From: Botryllus schlosseri
Taxonomy: Eukaryota
Assembly: GCA_051294905.1 (NCBI GenBank)
Contig: CM119384.1
Coordinates: 8,680,001-8,744,000, forward strand
Direction: 5' to 3'
DNA: 64,000 nt
Positions 60,173 through 64,000 of the stretch are shown here, one piece after another (position 1 is the stretch's first letter; each line of letters opens with the position of its first letter). Made by a program: the position numbers and the translations under genes. The notes below the pieces were generated by a model. It was not told where the DNA came from. It worked only from the letters and a program-made list of their open reading frames with translations, and did not search any database.

Positions 60173-60796
60173 CAGACGTGGTCAGAGTAGTCAAGAAAGC
60201 TACTCAAGTAGAAGTAGCGACGAAAAAAATCTACTCAAGTACGAGTAGAAGTACTTCTTCCATAAGCCACCTAAAACTAATTTATGAAGAAGAATTGACT
60301 GACTTTAAATCTACTCAAGTAAGTAAGTATAGTTTTTGAAAACAGTCATAATTCGTTCGCATGGACTGTCAAAACCTGCAATTTCAGCTATGCGGAAGGT
60401 GCAGAGAGATTGATTCGTATTGATGCATCCCAGGAGGTATCAATTTTCGACAGAATAAACATTTTTCCTCATCATGGGATACAAATTATAGTATTGATAT
60501 GAAAATGTGACGCTAACCCTTAGTTTACTAGAAGACCCCGTTTTAGAGAACATCATGACATGGGGCCTTACCCTATGTTTATAACGCCCCAAGTTTAGGC
60601 AAAGAGCAATACGGAAAAGTTGTATCTTATACGCGGGGTTGCCATACCGTCCTTATTTCTAAGATTTGTCCTTACTTTGAAGGGCCATGTCTTAGAAGTA
60701 GAGAAAATCAGATCTACTTGAGTAAGTACCAGAAGTAGGGGAAAACTACTTGAGTACTTCTAAAAAGTAGAAGTACTTCGTTACTGACCACCTCTT
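60173..60796. mobile_element. Long-type F2 element
   Basis: CAGACGTGGTCA ... TGACCACCTCT. Interior matches 34792-35240. Flanks CATCCGCA / CATCTGTA (6/8). Confidence 0.8.
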
Positions 60797-61164
60797 CATC
60801 TGTAGTAGACCCTGTGCACCATGGCATCTCTGGCCTGTACAATCGCATCTGCATTGGCTTGGTGCTCACGATATTATCGCTGGCCTGCGCAATTGCATCT
60901 GCAATAGGCCTGGTACGAAATATATCATCGTTGGTCTAACCATTGCGTTTCGGGCTGAGCATGCTCGGCTCCTATCTCTCGATGGATTGGGGACAATATG
61001 CCGTCGAGTGTATGCTGATTAGCGATTGTGATTAAAGAGTGACATTACGAAACTGCGACATCGAAATGCTCGCAAACGCGTGCGTGCGAGCGTAATCATA
61101 AAAAATAACTAACGGTGTGACATGAACATGACTTAACGATGTACAATTACGCTCCTTGTATTTT

Positions 61165-61440
61165 CGAATACTAGCCGGTCTTCAGGATTACCGGACCACG
61201 ACCTAACATCGACCTCGCCCTCCGCCACATGCCACCTCATTTTGTCGCTTGCGTCTTATATTCTCTGCATTACTTTTCATTCAGTGTGCATGCCTCTTCT
61301 TTATTTCGCTCTAGGCTCAGGTGGGTGTCTGATATTGAAGGATACTCCAAGTTGTTCTGACACCTTCTTATCTTTTCATTGTATCGCAGTCTTGTGATGT
61401 TTTGAAACGCTGAAAATAATAATAAACCTGATTGATTGAT
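61165..61440 (+). mobile_element. LINE 3' UTR copy with (TGAT)n tail
   Basis: Nearly identical to 48630-48910. Confidence 0.85.
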
Positions 61441-61903
61441 CGAAATCATCATCCTCCACCAGCTCTACCACTAACTCTGATCATGTAGGCGGAGAGAGGA
61501 TCAAAACTATATAGTAATATACGAAAGAACAAATATTATCGACCTAATTCATTCAAATCATTTAACGACCAGATGCATATAGGAAGCCCCCAGAAGTTGT
61601 ATCGATTACCCTACGGTGGGCCCAAAATCAGTGTTTATTTGTGCGGGAGGGGGCTGAAAAAATGTGGCGTCGGCTGTGGTTACAGCTTGCAACACACAGC
61701 CACATACTCCTGAACTGGACCTGATCGTGATCACTTCTAGTCGATAGACAAAGCTTTCTGTTGTGACGTCATATTGAGCGACATTCTGCTCATACCTCAT
61801 TTTAAAATCCACTAGTGGACGCTAAGGAGCGACCGGAATTTGTGTAACAAAAATATGGCAACGCTACTCTAGGATCCTCTTCCCCGAAGTCGCTGCTCTT
61901 AGG

Positions 61904-62220
61904 TAGGTTTACCATACGTCCTCTTTTAAGAGGATTTGTCCTATTTTTTGAATTCTTTGAAATAGTCATCAGAGGACGCCCTTCTGTCCTCTTTTTTGAG
62001 ATTTTGTCCTCTTGTTGGAAAATTGAGGTCATATTTAGAGCAAAATGCGAGTGATATGCCGTAAATTAGCACATCAGTGATGCTCAAACGGTATTTTGAG
62101 GTGGGTGTCTGATATTCAAGGATACTCTAAGTTGTTCTGACACCTTCTTATCTTTTCATTGTATCGCAGTCTTGTGATGTTTTGAAATGATGAATTTTTT
62201 TGAATAAACTTGAACTTCAA
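61904..62220. mobile_element. F4 left half followed by a LINE tail (from ~62096)
   Basis: TAGGTTTACCATACGTCCTCTTT matches 3329. GGTGGGTGTCTGATATTCAAGG matches 61320. Confidence 0.75.
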
Positions 62221-62776
62221 CTTGAACTCAGAACTGTGACATCACGCCACTACGTCGATGTGGATATCAGTTTAAGAGACAGTAAGTTGTGTCTTGTTCA
62301 GATGAAAATATCATCTGACCTCAACAATGATCTCACGATAATTAATATGTTTATCAACTTCAGCAACATCTATTCTGCCGGAATGTCACCAGCAGCAGTC
62401 AGTCTTGTGTGACGGTTTGATTCTCACTTGAGCCAATCAGAGTATCACACGGGTATCACGGTACGCTGACTGTTATGCTTCGTGTTTTTTTGCACTGTTT
62501 TGCAAAATATGATGCTACATAGTAGGGCTGCGTAGTCGAGTTCTAGTTGAGTCGTCTCAAGAAAGGAAGTCAGTCGTAGAGTTGGTGGAAATTCATTTGG
62601 ATTCATAGTTGAGGTAACCTCGCAATAATTCAATCCGTCTGTTATACTACCACATACTTTTGTTGTTGGCAAAGTATAGGCATAATCTGTAATATACGAT
62701 TCGATGTATAAACGTGTATAATTACATATTCATTATCATCATACTTAATACTGTGTTTCAGGAACTAACAGGAAAT

Positions 62777-63703
62777 ATGAACAAGGTGGACGAGTTGATA
62801 AGGCTCATGACTACTCAGATACCAATACTTTTGGTGCTATTTGAACTTCACTGTGAAGGTAATACTGTTTTTCCAAGTTTTCCTTGATTTATATGGTTCA
62901 CATGTAATTAAAATCGAATTGGAAATAGTTTCCTTGGTAATTCCACTGTAACTGTAAATTTATAATATACATTAAATCATTAAAAGAGTCCACAGTAGCA
63001 TAAGATATACTATTTTTACTCTATAAAGATTTGTAACACAATGTGTATTTCAGGTGTGTTAGGGTTGAATACAGCGCAATCTCAGAAGCATCTTACTGCT
63101 GGCAGTCAATTACTGCATGCTGGACAATTAGCAGACGCACTAGCAGAATTTCACAAGGCGATAGGTAAATATATTCTTTATGACCTTTTTATCTCATGGT
63201 TTTGAGATTATTGTGATGTCGTTACTTCAGAAAATGATCATAGAAATTATCAAGCACATTACATGAGAGCCACTGTGTATCTTGCCATGGGTAAAGCTAG
63301 AGCAGGCTTGGGCGATCTTGACAAGGTTCGTCGACAACACTCCTCTACTACATGATACATTTTCATGTTACGATTTAACATCATATATCTTCTAGGTAAT
63401 CATTTTACAACCAAATTTCGTGAAAGCGCGACTCCAACGGGGAAACCTTTATTTGAAAATGGGCAGGTTTAATGAAGCACAGAGCGACTATGAGTCTGTC
63501 GTAAGTTGTGAAAATGATTGTATTAATGTGAATAAGCTAACTGTTGAGCTTATTTTTCATAGCTGAGCCAGGAAGATAATATGGAAGCTCAAGGCAAGGT
63601 AGAAGTAATTCGACCTTTGAGACGTAATTTAAATCAAGCCAGTCGAGCAATGCAAACCAAAGACTACAATCAAGCAGTGGCTATGATGAAAGATGTTATT
63701 GAG
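62777..63703 (+). CDS. DNAJC3: DnaJ homolog subfamily C member 3 (p58IPK), 5' part, continues beyond the window
   Basis: Exons 62777-62858, 63054-63164, 63231-63325, 63396-63500, 63563-63703. IPILLVLFELHCEG signal, KHLTAGSQLLHAGQLADALAEFHKAI, YMRATVYLAMGKARAGLGDLDKVI, KARLQRGNLYLKMGRFNEAQSDY (TPRs). Confidence 0.9.
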
Positions 63704-64000
63704 GTAAAAATACAATGTTCAATAATTGTGTGTGTACTGTTTGTAGCCTTATATAGATTTATGATTATGTAAGTTATGAATGAATATTGGCACTAAGTGA
63801 TTGATCACTAGATACCAATTCGATCAATTCTTGAGGTAAACAAAATTTTACAAAATATACTCTAAGGTTGGTCCGATGTTTAGCTGGATATCTGTAACAA
63901 ATAATATAACTTCTGAGATTAACATGACGCTGATATAAATTTAAACTTTGCAGAACTTCTGATAGTCTCCATGTTTAAATATCACTTATACCACTATTAT

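Overview
Genomic DNA from an intron-containing, AT-rich eukaryote. Gene content and small introns of about 53-75 nt point to an invertebrate animal, but the taxon cannot be fixed from sequence alone. The left half (2.4-34 kb) holds two tandem paralogous genes for secreted proteins with the plan signal peptide + thrombospondin type-1 repeats (TSRs) + C-terminal trefoil (P-type) domain. Gene 1 (~439 aa) has 3 TSRs, and its first TSR is interrupted by a ~209-residue Met/Leu-sticker, Ser/Gly/Asn-spacer insert. Gene 2 (~1726 aa) has ~26 TSRs, 19 of them encoded by a mostly alternating A/B array of symmetric phase-1 exons (180/183 nt). The right half holds housekeeping genes: U2AF2 (-), NDUFS8 (-), SGF29 (+), BCS1L (-) and the 5' part of DNAJC3 (+). 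SGF29 and BCS1L stop codons are only 4 bp apart. One U2AF2 junction cannot restore the conserved QMTRQARR with a canonical GT-AG intron. Introns and intergenic DNA carry about eight non-autonomous hAT-type element families with 8-bp target-site duplications (TSDs), including a triple nest with a 36-bp element, plus 3' fragments of an L2/CR1-type LINE. No rRNA, tRNA or CRISPR was seen. All gene models and coordinates were spliced and counted by hand, with no transcript or database support.
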